Below are positions 48,838 through 58,158 of a stretch of DNA of 64,000 nt, piece after piece; position 1 is the stretch's first letter, and each line of letters starts with the position of its first letter. The notes beneath the pieces are model-generated. The model did not search any database. It was not told where the DNA came from and saw only the letters and a program-made list of their open reading frames with translations. A program made the position numbers and the translations under genes. Source of the stretch: Chromatiales bacterium (GTDB taxonomy: Bacteria; Pseudomonadota; Gammaproteobacteria; Xanthomonadales; SZUA-36). Where the stretch lies: contig JAHEFT010000001.1 of NCBI GenBank assembly GCA_024640025.1, positions 44,040-108,039 on the forward strand, read 5' to 3'.

Positions 48838-49847
48838 TCACTAATTGTTCCCTTATCCAGGTCAGCCACCCAGGCACCTGCGCGGGCGCTGGCGAAAACG
48901 GCATCGATCACCTTCATGTTGGCCAATGCATCCGAAAGCGGTGTTGGCGCCGCCTGCCCGTTCAGCACAGCCCGGGAAAAAGCGTCCACCTGGCTGACGT
49001 AGTGGTTGTGATTCCCGATCGTAATGACTTCTGAAACATTGTCCCTGTAAACGATCAACCGGCTTGGCTCCTCCTCGCGATTGAAAAACGGGTTGATCAC
49101 CAGCACGGTGCCCCGGTCACCAATGATTTTGACCATTTGCGACGAATTGCTCTGCGTAGAACAATGAAACGTCGCCATGCCACTGCCAAAATCAAGAAGG
49201 CCGCTGGCGTGCCGGTCAGTTTCAAATTCAGGGTCCCAATCCAGGTGGCCAATCACCCTTTCAGGCTCTTTTCCAAAAACGTGCCGCGCCGCCGAAATAC
49301 AGTAACAACCAATATCCATGAGGCCTCCGCCTCCGATACCCGCCTGGTTGCGAACGTTGTCCGGATCTGTGTTGTGGTAGGTAAAGCTGGCCTGGACGTG
49401 CCGGATTTCACCCAGCTCACCTGCATCGATCAAGTCCTGCACGCGCAACCACTGCGGATGATAGCGGTACATGAACGCCTCCATGACCAACAGCTGCGGC
49501 GATGCGTTCGCGGCAACCACCAGGTTCCTGGCTTCTTCGCTGTTCAGGCCAATCGGCTTTTCACACAGGACGTGTTTACCCGCCTTGATAGCAATAGTGC
49601 TCCATGGCACATGCAGGTGATTGGGTAGTGAGACATAAATGGCGTCAACCTCAGAGCAATTCGTCAGTTCCTCGTAACTCCCAAGAGCGAGGGGTATGTC
49701 CATTTCAAGGGCAATGGCATCGGCCCGGACCCCGTCACGCGAAGCGATGGCGGAAACCTTCGCATGCGGTGATTTCTTTATCGCCGGAATCATCCATTCC
49801 CTGGCAATCTTCGCGGTGCCTAATATTCCCCAACGTACTTTGTTCAT
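48828..49847 (-). CDS. Gfo/Idh/MocA-family NAD(P)-dependent oxidoreductase
   Basis: N-terminal Rossmann VRWGILGTAKIA, a GGGAGAA RBS before the ATG at 49847, and the EKP motif (CEKPIG). Confidence 0.85.
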   Translation of the reverse strand: MNKVRWGILGTAKIAREWMIPAIKKSPHAKVSAIASRDGVRADAIALEMDIPLALGSYEELTNCSEVDAIYVSLPNHLHVPWSTIAIKAGKHVLCEKPIGLNSEEARNLVVAANASPQLLVMEAFMYRYHPQWLRVQDLIDAGELGEIRHVQASFTYHNTDPDNVRNQAGIGGGGLMDIGCYCISAARHVFGKEPERVIGHLDWDPEFETDRHASGLLDFGSGMATFHCSTQSNSSQMVKIIGDRGTVLVINPFFNREEEPSRLIVYRDNVSEVITIGNHNHYVSQVDAFSRAVLNGQAAPTPLSDALANMKVIDAVFASARAGAWVADLDKGTISECR

Positions 49848-49907
49848 TATTTCTCCCGGCACTGTTAGTACTTGTAAGTGGTTCTTCAATGCTTAAATAT
49901 ACCTATT

Positions 49908-49924
49908 CAACTATCGAATAGTTG
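49908..49924. promoter_or_regulatory. Perfect 7-bp inverted repeat with 3-nt spacer in a divergent promoter region (candidate operator)
   Basis: CAACTAT-CGA-ATAGTTG lies between the Gfo/Idh/MocA gene (minus strand) and the GH105 gene (plus strand). Confidence 0.4.
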
Positions 49925-49981
49925 CAACTCCTCGCGGAGATCAGGCCGGGTGCGGGCATTTACTTCAAAGAAGGACATAGA

Positions 49982-51058
49982 TTGAATCGAAGTTTAACCA
50001 AATTGTTCTTCATGCTGATATGGGTTTGCACTACAGATACAACCAGCGCCGGAAGTTCCCCCGATGTTTCACCCGTGCTTTCGCCAAAAGCGGTCGGAGA
50101 ATTAATCGTCGCCAATTTGCTATCACGTGACTACATGTTTTATGGCGACGAAGCGCTTCACTACTCGGAGGCCGCGACGGCCGTTGGTGCATTGCGCTTC
50201 GCAGCAGCCAGCAATAGTCCGGTGATGCTGCAGCGGTTGATTGCCCGCTACGAGGCATTGCTGGATGACAACAGCGTTTTAATCAGCCGCCGAGCCCATG
50301 TTGACATGAACGTCATTGGCATTGTGCCCTTGCAAATTGCCATTCTGACCGGAGACCCGGCTCAATTGAAACAGGGCCTCAGTTTTGCCGACAGCCAATG
50401 GGATTCCCCGCGGGAAGATGGGCTGACCGGCCAAACCCGCTGGTGGATTGATGACCTTTACATGGTGGGCATGCTGCAGATCCAGGCCTACCGGACGACC
50501 GGAGATTTAAAGTACGCGGACCGTGCCGCCCGCCAGTTGGCTGCCTATTTGCCCAGGCTGCAACGTGAGAACGGTCTTTTCTATCACAGTCCGGATGTGC
50601 CGATTTTCTGGGGACGCGGCAATGGCTGGGTGGCGGTAGCCATGGCGGAAGTACTTTCATCGCTGCCCGGGGAAAATGAGCTTTATGCGTCACTGTCGCT
50701 GCACTACCAGGCGATGATGCGTTCCTTACTCGACTACCAGGGTGAAAACGGCTTGTGGAAACAGGTCGTCGATAACGAAAAATCCTGGGATGAAAGTTCA
50801 GCTTCCTCCATGTTCGCCTACGCCATGCTGCTGGGAGTACAGCACGACTTGCTGAGCTCTGCTCCGTACCAGGCCGCGGTGGATAAGGCCTGGGCGGCAC
50901 TGACCGCTCTGATAGACCCGGCGGGCAATGTGCGGGAAGTGTGTATCGGTACCGGCAAAAAAAATGATCTCGACTATTACCTGGCCCGTCCCCGGGTGGC
51001 CGGCGATTTCCACGGGCAAGCGCCGGTTCTCTGGCTAGCCGCCGAGTTGCTGCCATGA
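49982..51058 (+). CDS. GH105 / GH88-like unsaturated uronyl hydrolase (YteR-like), probably lipoprotein
   Basis: RWWIDDLYM motif and six-hairpin length. A TTG at 49982 preceded by AAGGA gives the lipobox-like LTKLFFMLIWVC. An alternative ATG is at 50012. Confidence 0.75.
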   Translation: MNRSLTKLFFMLIWVCTTDTTSAGSSPDVSPVLSPKAVGELIVANLLSRDYMFYGDEALHYSEAATAVGALRFAAASNSPVMLQRLIARYEALLDDNSVLISRRAHVDMNVIGIVPLQIAILTGDPAQLKQGLSFADSQWDSPREDGLTGQTRWWIDDLYMVGMLQIQAYRTTGDLKYADRAARQLAAYLPRLQRENGLFYHSPDVPIFWGRGNGWVAVAMAEVLSSLPGENELYASLSLHYQAMMRSLLDYQGENGLWKQVVDNEKSWDESSASSMFAYAMLLGVQHDLLSSAPYQAAVDKAWAALTALIDPAGNVREVCIGTGKKNDLDYYLARPRVAGDFHGQAPVLWLAAELLP

Positions 51059-52467
51059 TGCTGCTGGCCCCGTTCTTCGCGCTCTCTCTCGGCATCGCAT
51101 TTGTGGTTATTTCGATAGCCGTTTTCCGCGTCCACCCCTTCATTTCCCTCATTCTGGCGGCTGTTGTGGTGGGTTCTGCAACAAACTTCATCTCGGGCGC
51201 TGAAGGAAATGCCATCGTGCTGGCGACCAAAGACACGATGGTGCAATTTGGAAATACCGCGGCCGGGATAGCCTGGATCATAGCGCTGGCTGCGGTGATT
51301 GGCTTCTGCCTGATGGAAAGTGGGGCTGCCGATCGCATCGTTCGCACGATGATCCGATGGTTCGGAGAAAAAAAGGCGGGGATCGCCATTTTGATTTCGG
51401 CATTTTTCCTTTCGATCCCGGTATTTTTCGATACGGTTTTCTATCTGATGGTTCCCCTGGCGCAAGCGCTCGCTTTTCGTTTGGGAAAAAAATATGCCTA
51501 TCTCATCGTGGCGGTATGTTCTGGCGCCGTCATTACCCACTGCCTGGTACCCCCGACGCCGGGTCCCCTGATTGTCGTCGAAGCACTGGGTTTGAACCTT
51601 GGGTTCACGATTGCAGGCGGGATACTGCTGGGAATCATACCGGCCTTGGTCGCCCTCAGGCTCGGCCGTTTCCTGGATAGAAAACTGGCTATTCCACTAC
51701 GCGATGGCGGCATGGTGCGAATCAGGGACCTCGAGGAGATCGTCAACAAGGACGCCAGCGAATTGCCGGGATTTTTCCTTTCCCTCCTACCCGTGGCGCT
51801 GCCGGTGGTCCTGATTTCCCTGGAATCCTTCGTTAATGAATATTCCAGCAGGGAAACCCTGGGGAGCATGTACACCGTGATCGGTATTTTGGGATACAAG
51901 CATGTAGCCATGTTCCTCGGAGCAGTTTGTGCCATGTACCTCATGGCCAAATTCCGGAAGCTGAACAGGGACACCCTGTGGAGAGCGCTGGAAAGCCCGC
52001 TGGGGATGGCCGGGGTCATCATTCTGATCACCTCGGCCGGCGGGGCATTCGGCGGCATGATTCGTCAATCCGGCATCGGAGAGTCGATCGCCGTGCTTAC
52101 CCGGGATTCTGGATTTTCACTGCTATTGCTGGCCTGGACAATCGCTGCGATCATGAAGCTGGCGCAAGGATCCAGCACAACGGCCATGATTACGGCCTCG
52201 GGCATCATGGCGGGCGTACTCGCCGCCATCAGCGCAGGCGGCGGAAGTCTCGGCTACGATCCTTTCTATATATTTGCGGCCATCGCATTTGGCTCGATGT
52301 TTGGCTCGTGGATGAACGACAGCGGTTTCTGGATCATCTGTAAAATGACGGGGTTCACCGAGGCCGAAACACTCAAGACCTGGACGTTGTCGGTGAGTGT
52401 GATTTCCCTGGTGGGCCTGATCGAGGTTTCACTTGCCTCAACCCTGGCGCCGAATCCGTTTGGCTGA
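51055..52467 (+). CDS. GntP-family (gluconate/sugar-acid:H+) permease
   Basis: 470 aa, highly hydrophobic with the GntP-type repeat layout. It has an ATGA overlap with the GH105 stop. Confidence 0.85.
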   Translation: MMLLAPFFALSLGIAFVVISIAVFRVHPFISLILAAVVVGSATNFISGAEGNAIVLATKDTMVQFGNTAAGIAWIIALAAVIGFCLMESGAADRIVRTMIRWFGEKKAGIAILISAFFLSIPVFFDTVFYLMVPLAQALAFRLGKKYAYLIVAVCSGAVITHCLVPPTPGPLIVVEALGLNLGFTIAGGILLGIIPALVALRLGRFLDRKLAIPLRDGGMVRIRDLEEIVNKDASELPGFFLSLLPVALPVVLISLESFVNEYSSRETLGSMYTVIGILGYKHVAMFLGAVCAMYLMAKFRKLNRDTLWRALESPLGMAGVIILITSAGGAFGGMIRQSGIGESIAVLTRDSGFSLLLLAWTIAAIMKLAQGSSTTAMITASGIMAGVLAAISAGGGSLGYDPFYIFAAIAFGSMFGSWMNDSGFWIICKMTGFTEAETLKTWTLSVSVISLVGLIEVSLASTLAPNPFG

Positions 52468-52497
52468 CAGGCCAACAAGAACAATTGGGAAACCCCA

Positions 52498-54159
52498 TTG
52501 AGAAACTGGAACAGCAAAAAACTCACCCAGGGAAAGCGCCAGGGTATCAAGGCCTTCTACTACGGCCTCGGCTGGGACACCGAAGATTTCGAAAAACCCC
52601 TGATCGGAATCGGCACACCCCTGCATGAAATCAACCTGTGCAACCTGCACAGCTTTGAATTGGGTGAGGCGATCAAGGCCGGCCTGGCGGAAGAAGAGAT
52701 GCTGGGGTTCAGAATTGGCGTACCGTCCGTCAGCGATAATATCACCCAGGGACACAGCGGCGGAAACGCTTCGCTTCCTTCACGCAACGTGATCGCCTCC
52801 AGCGCGGAAATGGTTGCGACCTCGCACTGCTTTGATGGTTTTATCGGCCTGCACCATTGCGACAAGAATGGCCCGGGGTTCGCGATGGCACTGATTAGAA
52901 CCAATCTGCCAGGCTTCGTGATCAGCGGTGGAACCATAAAGCCCGGCCGCATCGATGGCAGGGAGCTCACCATCCAGGATGTCTACGATGTCCAGGCGGC
53001 CAGCGAAATCGGCAAGGCAACATCTGCTGAACTGGACGCCGTGATCCGCCACGCTTGCCCGGGTCCCGGGGGCTGCGGTATTGCCGCCTCGTTCAACACC
53101 TGGGGGCTGGCCATGGAAGCCATGGGGCTGATGCCGCCTTACAGCTCTTCCAATCCTTCAGAAGGCCCGGAAAAGCAGGAAGAATGCTTTCGCGCGGGGC
53201 AGTGGATGGCACGAATCCTGGAGAATAATCTCCGTCCGAGGGACATCGTGACCCGGGCAGCACTGTGTAATGCAACGGCCATGATCGGCGCGGCAGGGGG
53301 TTCAACCAACGGCATCCTGCACATCCTGGCGCTGGCACTCGAAGCTGGCGTTAAATTTGACCTGAAAGATATCCAGGCAATTCTGCGAAACACACCGGTC
53401 TATTGCAATTTTGCTCCGCGGGGAACGGGAACGATGATCGACCTGTTCAAAATGGGCGGAACCCCAATGCTGATCAAGCACCTGATCGAAACGGGCGTTC
53501 TGGACGGGACGACACCAACGCTTTTCGCCGACAGCCTGTCGGCCCAGGTTGCCGGCGCCGGTTCCGTTCCCGGCGACCAGTCGCTGATTGCGCCCGCTGG
53601 CGAGCCATTCAAGCGCTATGCCGACATCCAGATCTGTTTTGGCAACCTGGCGCCCGATGGAATGGTGTTCAAGGTATCCAGCCGCCAGGAAGCCGGTTTC
53701 GAGGGAGAAGCCATTTGTTTTTCCGACCCCGACACCCTGGTCAAAGCGGTAAATCAGGGGCGGATTCGTCCAGGGCACGTCGTCGTGCTGCGGGGGATGG
53801 GGCCGGTCGCGACGGGCATGCCCGAAGTGCTTTTGGCCACGGCGGCCTTGTCCAATCCCGAACTCGATGGAAAGGTGGCGCTGGTTTCAGACGCCCGTGT
53901 TTCAGGCGTATCCCACGGTGCGATCGGCATCCATTGCTCGCCCGAAGCCGCCGTGGGCGGCCCGATCGCCCGGGTGGCCGACGGCGATATGATCGCTTTC
54001 GACCTGCTCGAGGGTGTCATCACCTGGAACGGGAGCCAGGCCTCCAGCGAGGTCTTCCATCCATTCAACGGCAAGGAAATCTACTTGCGCGAATTTTCCC
54101 AAAATACAACCCAGGCCCACCGGGGTTGCGTGAGTAAACAGGTGGCACAAAAGGAATGA
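52498..54159 (+). CDS. IlvD/Edd-family sugar-acid (dihydroxy-acid/aldonate) dehydratase
   Basis: The Fe-S ligand motif HHCDKNGPG is present. The N-terminus aligns with IlvD only if the TTG at 52498 is the start. Length 553 aa. Confidence 0.85.
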   Translation: MRNWNSKKLTQGKRQGIKAFYYGLGWDTEDFEKPLIGIGTPLHEINLCNLHSFELGEAIKAGLAEEEMLGFRIGVPSVSDNITQGHSGGNASLPSRNVIASSAEMVATSHCFDGFIGLHHCDKNGPGFAMALIRTNLPGFVISGGTIKPGRIDGRELTIQDVYDVQAASEIGKATSAELDAVIRHACPGPGGCGIAASFNTWGLAMEAMGLMPPYSSSNPSEGPEKQEECFRAGQWMARILENNLRPRDIVTRAALCNATAMIGAAGGSTNGILHILALALEAGVKFDLKDIQAILRNTPVYCNFAPRGTGTMIDLFKMGGTPMLIKHLIETGVLDGTTPTLFADSLSAQVAGAGSVPGDQSLIAPAGEPFKRYADIQICFGNLAPDGMVFKVSSRQEAGFEGEAICFSDPDTLVKAVNQGRIRPGHVVVLRGMGPVATGMPEVLLATAALSNPELDGKVALVSDARVSGVSHGAIGIHCSPEAAVGGPIARVADGDMIAFDLLEGVITWNGSQASSEVFHPFNGKEIYLREFSQNTTQAHRGCVSKQVAQKE

Positions 54160-54163
54160 TGAA

Positions 54164-56632
54164 ATGCAGCTAACGAAAATATTTTGCCTGATCCTGGTTT
54201 CAACCGCACTGTTCAGTGCAGAGCCGGCTCCTTTGCAGCTAAACGACCAGGAGTACTTTGAAACCCGGGGGGTGAACGTCCTGGTTTTCAGCAATTGGTA
54301 CAACGGACTGTTCGATGATTCGAAAATCAGCGGCATTGAACTGATTCACCACGGCGTGAGGACGGCCACCAATGGCGACGTGAGGCTCAACGCCACGCCG
54401 GAACAATGGGATGCCATTCCGGAATTCGTTGAGCGGATGGTTGACCCCGAGCAGCGAACCATCCAGGCCAATCTGAAGTACCCGGCATTTGATTTTGAGT
54501 ATTCGGTCAGGGCTGAAGCGGTGGGGAATAGCGTTACGATCAGCATTGAGCTTCCCGCACCTCTTCCGGCAACACTCCAGGGCAAAGCGGGGTTCAACCT
54601 CGAATTCCTGCCCGCCGCCTATTTCGAAAAAGCCTACCTGGTGGACGGAAAGCCGGGACTCTTCCCGTTGTACCCGGCAGGCCCCAAAGAACAGAACGGC
54701 GAAGTGGAACCCGTTCCGCTCGCAAGGGGCAAACGCCTGGTACTTGCTCCGGATAATCCCCAGCGAACCGTCAGCATCAGCTCCCCTGGGGCCGAAATGA
54801 TGCTGTACGACGGCCGTAACAAGGCCCAAAACGGCTGGTTCGTGGTACGCAGCCTGTTGCCGTCAGGGAAAACGGGACGGGTGCTGGAATGGTCCGTTTC
54901 GGTGAACTCCGTTCCGGATTGGGTAAAGGCGCCGGTCATCGGCCATTCACAGGCGGGCTACCATCCTGGGCAACGGAAAACCGCAGTGATCGAACTGGAC
55001 CCCAATGCCACTCCGGATGAAGTAGCCACTCTCTACAAAATCAGCGAAACCGGTCAGCGCGAACGGATTCTGGCCGCCGTGCCCCAAGCCTGGGGCCGCT
55101 ACAAACGCTACAACTACCGGACCTTCGACTTTTCAGACGTTGCCAGCGAGGGCCTCTACATTATTGAGTACGGCGGACAGGAAACGGCGCCGTTTCCCAT
55201 TGCCGCGAACGTGTATGAAACCGTCTGGCAACCCACGCTGGACGTCTACTTCCCGGTCCAGATGGACCACGTGACTGTCAACGAAGCCTACCGGGTCTGG
55301 CACGGAGCCTCACACCTGGATGACGCCCTGCAGGCCCCTGTCGACCACAAGCATTTTGACCTGTACGCGCAGGGCCCAACCACCGACTCGCCCTACCGGC
55401 CCGGCGAGCATATTCCCGGTCTGAACGTGGGCGGTTGGTACGACGCCGGCGATTACGATATTCGTACGCAAACCCAGTATTCCGCCGTGATCAATCTGGT
55501 CAACGTCTGGGAAAATTTCAACCTCGAGCGCGATGTCACTCTCGTGGACTACGACAGGAAATATGTGGATATCCACGTGCCTGACGGCAAGGCCGACCTG
55601 CTCCAGCAGATCGAGCACGGCACGCTGGCCTTGCTGGCCCAGCACCGCGCTGTGGGTCACGCCATCCCGGGCATTATCGTGCCCAGCCTCGCGCAATACA
55701 CCCACCTTGGCGATGGTCTGACGATGACCGACAACCTCATCTACAACGCCGAAATGGATGAACTCGAAACCGATGGCTTTCAAAGCGGGGTTTTCGATGA
55801 CCGCTGGGCGTTTACCAGCCGGTCATCGGCTCTGAACTACGGCTCAATAGCAGCGCTTGCGGCCGCCAGCCGGGCCCTGACCGGCTTCAACGACGAATTG
55901 GGACGGGAATGCCTGCAAACCGCCATCGACGCCTGGAACGAGGAACAATCGCACGAACCGTTCCTGTTCCGGCACGGAAACACGACCGGCGGCGCACTTG
56001 CCGACGAAGAGATCCGGGCTTCGCTGGAGTTGCTGGTGACCACTGGTGAGCCGCGGTATGCGGAACGATTCCTGGCCTATTGGCCGGAAATCGAGAAGTC
56101 GTTTCCAATGCACGCGGTTCAAGCCGTGCGGGCAATGCCTTTCATGGGTGAAGACTACCGGGAAAAATTGGAAAAGCTCACGTTGTCCTACCGTGGTCAA
56201 TTGGACGATCTGAGGCGGCAAAATCCTTATTCCGTTCTGATCACGGAAGGCGGCTGGGCCGGCAACGGGACCATCATCAACATGGCCATGGCCAACTACT
56301 ACCTGCACCGGGCGTTTCCCAGCATCATCAATCGCGAAGACGTTTTGCAGGGCCTGAACTACATACTCGGAACCCACCCCGGATCCGACCTGTCCTTTGT
56401 CTCAGCTGTCGGCGCCCGCTCCAAAAAGGTCGCCTATGGAATGAATCGCGCCGACTTTTCGTTCATCGCGGGCGGCATCGTGCCCGGCGTGCTGATCCTG
56501 AAGCCCGATTTTCCGGAAAACAAGGAGGACTGGCCGTTTCTATGGGGAGAGAACGAGTACGTCATCACTCTCGGAGCCCCCTATATTTTCCTGGTTAATG
56601 CCGCCAACCAACTGCTGACAGCAGAGCCCTAG
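54164..56632 (+). CDS. GH9 glycoside hydrolase with Ig-like (CelD_N-type) module and an extra ~250-aa N-terminal domain, exported
   Basis: GGWYDAGDY catalytic motif, C-terminal GENEYVI (catalytic Glu region), Ig-like module start SQAGYHPGQRKTAVI, and a signal peptide. Confidence 0.8.
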   Translation: MQLTKIFCLILVSTALFSAEPAPLQLNDQEYFETRGVNVLVFSNWYNGLFDDSKISGIELIHHGVRTATNGDVRLNATPEQWDAIPEFVERMVDPEQRTIQANLKYPAFDFEYSVRAEAVGNSVTISIELPAPLPATLQGKAGFNLEFLPAAYFEKAYLVDGKPGLFPLYPAGPKEQNGEVEPVPLARGKRLVLAPDNPQRTVSISSPGAEMMLYDGRNKAQNGWFVVRSLLPSGKTGRVLEWSVSVNSVPDWVKAPVIGHSQAGYHPGQRKTAVIELDPNATPDEVATLYKISETGQRERILAAVPQAWGRYKRYNYRTFDFSDVASEGLYIIEYGGQETAPFPIAANVYETVWQPTLDVYFPVQMDHVTVNEAYRVWHGASHLDDALQAPVDHKHFDLYAQGPTTDSPYRPGEHIPGLNVGGWYDAGDYDIRTQTQYSAVINLVNVWENFNLERDVTLVDYDRKYVDIHVPDGKADLLQQIEHGTLALLAQHRAVGHAIPGIIVPSLAQYTHLGDGLTMTDNLIYNAEMDELETDGFQSGVFDDRWAFTSRSSALNYGSIAALAAASRALTGFNDELGRECLQTAIDAWNEEQSHEPFLFRHGNTTGGALADEEIRASLELLVTTGEPRYAERFLAYWPEIEKSFPMHAVQAVRAMPFMGEDYREKLEKLTLSYRGQLDDLRRQNPYSVLITEGGWAGNGTIINMAMANYYLHRAFPSIINREDVLQGLNYILGTHPGSDLSFVSAVGARSKKVAYGMNRADFSFIAGGIVPGVLILKPDFPENKEDWPFLWGENEYVITLGAPYIFLVNAANQLLTAEP

Positions 56633-56642
56633 CGGGACTGCT

Positions 56643-58028
56643 TCAATCCGCTTCCGCCCGCGCTTTCAAATCTTCCTGGATCTTCTCCAGTTGGCTACCA
56701 GTAAGATCGTAGAAACGAATGATCAGCACGGCCAGCAATGCGAAGCCCCCTGGGATCGCGGTCTGCAACAAGGCGATACCGGTTTGCGAAGCGCCGGACT
56801 GCGCCTGGTTGGCTGCATAACCAATTGCCGCCAGCACCCACAACATTCCAGCTGAGCCCAGCGAACCGCCCAGCTTTTGGGCGAAGGTGGCGGCGGAGAA
56901 TGTCATCGCCGTTGCCCTTCTGCCGTTGCGCCATTCGTTGTAATCGGCGGTGTCGGCGTACATCGACCAGGTCAGCGGCGACTTGGGTCCCAGGCAAAGG
57001 CTTATGAGGATGTTCAGGGTGAACATGGCCCAAATCATGTCCTTCGGCACGAAGAAAAACAGGATGGACAGTGCGCCCACCAGGCTCATCAGCAACATGA
57101 GCAATTTGGCCTTATCCATGAATTGGGTCATCACCGGCGCCAGTAGCGCACCGGCGGCATAGGCGATCATTTGCCAGGAGAGATAATTGGGCAATAGCTC
57201 CGGCCGCTCTACGTAGTACGTAAAATAGTAGTAGGCCGAGCCTGCCCGCATCGTGAAGGTCATCATGATAATCATCGCCAGCGCAAACAGGATGACCCAG
57301 GGCCGGTTGGCCAGTAAGTCCTTGATATCGTCCAGCGGGTGGGTTTTCTGCGCAGGTGGTGGCGCAATACGCTCGCGGGTAGTAAGAAACGTGACGAGAA
57401 AAATCAGCGTGGCAAGCGTGCCGTATAACACCATGGTCAGTTGCCAGCCCTTGATGTCGTCACCCGCACCAAACCACGCGACGAGAGGAAGCGTGTACTT
57501 GTTGATCAAAGCGCCACCGGTAAACGCGAACAGGAAGCGGATACTGATCAGCGTGGTGCGCTCCTGGCTGCGGGCTGTCATGACGCCTGAAAGTGCCGAA
57601 TACGGCGTGCTGAGGACGGTGTACAGCAACATCATCATTGAATAGGTGGCGTACGCCCATATCAGCTTGCCGCCTTCGCTCAGGTCGGGTGTAGTGAACG
57701 TCAGCACGCCCGCGGCCGCCATCGGCAGGCCTGCGAACACCAGGTAGGGGCGAAACTTTCCGAACCGCGTCTGGGTACGGTCGGCCAATGCGCCCATAAC
57801 CGGGTCCGTGAAGGCGTCAATGATCCGGGTGAGAAACAGCATGGTGCCGGCCGCCGCCGCCGAAATACCGAACACATCGGTATAGAAAGCAGCCAGGAAT
57901 GAAGCGATCGTGGTCCAGTAGAAATTGAAACCAAAGTCGCCAAGGCCAAAACCCAGCTTCTCCCCCCAACCCAGCTTTGCCAGGCGGTCATTCAAATTGG
58001 CTTTTTTTATTTTCAAGTGGACCATCAT
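56643..58028 (-). CDS. Glycoside-pentoside-hexuronide (GPH) family cation symporter
   Basis: N-terminus EKLGFGLGDFGFN, GKFRPYL motif and 12-TM layout. Confidence 0.88.
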   Translation of the reverse strand: MMVHLKIKKANLNDRLAKLGWGEKLGFGLGDFGFNFYWTTIASFLAAFYTDVFGISAAAAGTMLFLTRIIDAFTDPVMGALADRTQTRFGKFRPYLVFAGLPMAAAGVLTFTTPDLSEGGKLIWAYATYSMMMLLYTVLSTPYSALSGVMTARSQERTTLISIRFLFAFTGGALINKYTLPLVAWFGAGDDIKGWQLTMVLYGTLATLIFLVTFLTTRERIAPPPAQKTHPLDDIKDLLANRPWVILFALAMIIMMTFTMRAGSAYYYFTYYVERPELLPNYLSWQMIAYAAGALLAPVMTQFMDKAKLLMLLMSLVGALSILFFFVPKDMIWAMFTLNILISLCLGPKSPLTWSMYADTADYNEWRNGRRATAMTFSAATFAQKLGGSLGSAGMLWVLAAIGYAANQAQSGASQTGIALLQTAIPGGFALLAVLIIRFYDLTGSQLEKIQEDLKARAEAD

Positions 58029-58158
58029 CAACGAACCGGCCACCCCGATCAATCATCCTGTGCGCCAAATCCTGATAGATTTCGGTTTTATCTCCAGGAC
58101 GCCCTGTTAAAGTATTGCTTCACCCCAGTTCCACAGATATTCAACCGAGGTAAAAAAG

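Noticed and set aside
50379-51389. A 336-aa minus-strand ORF over the GH105/GntP junction.
   Set aside because: It is antisense to two motif-supported genes and is Pro/Arg/Ala-rich. It is a shadow ORF.
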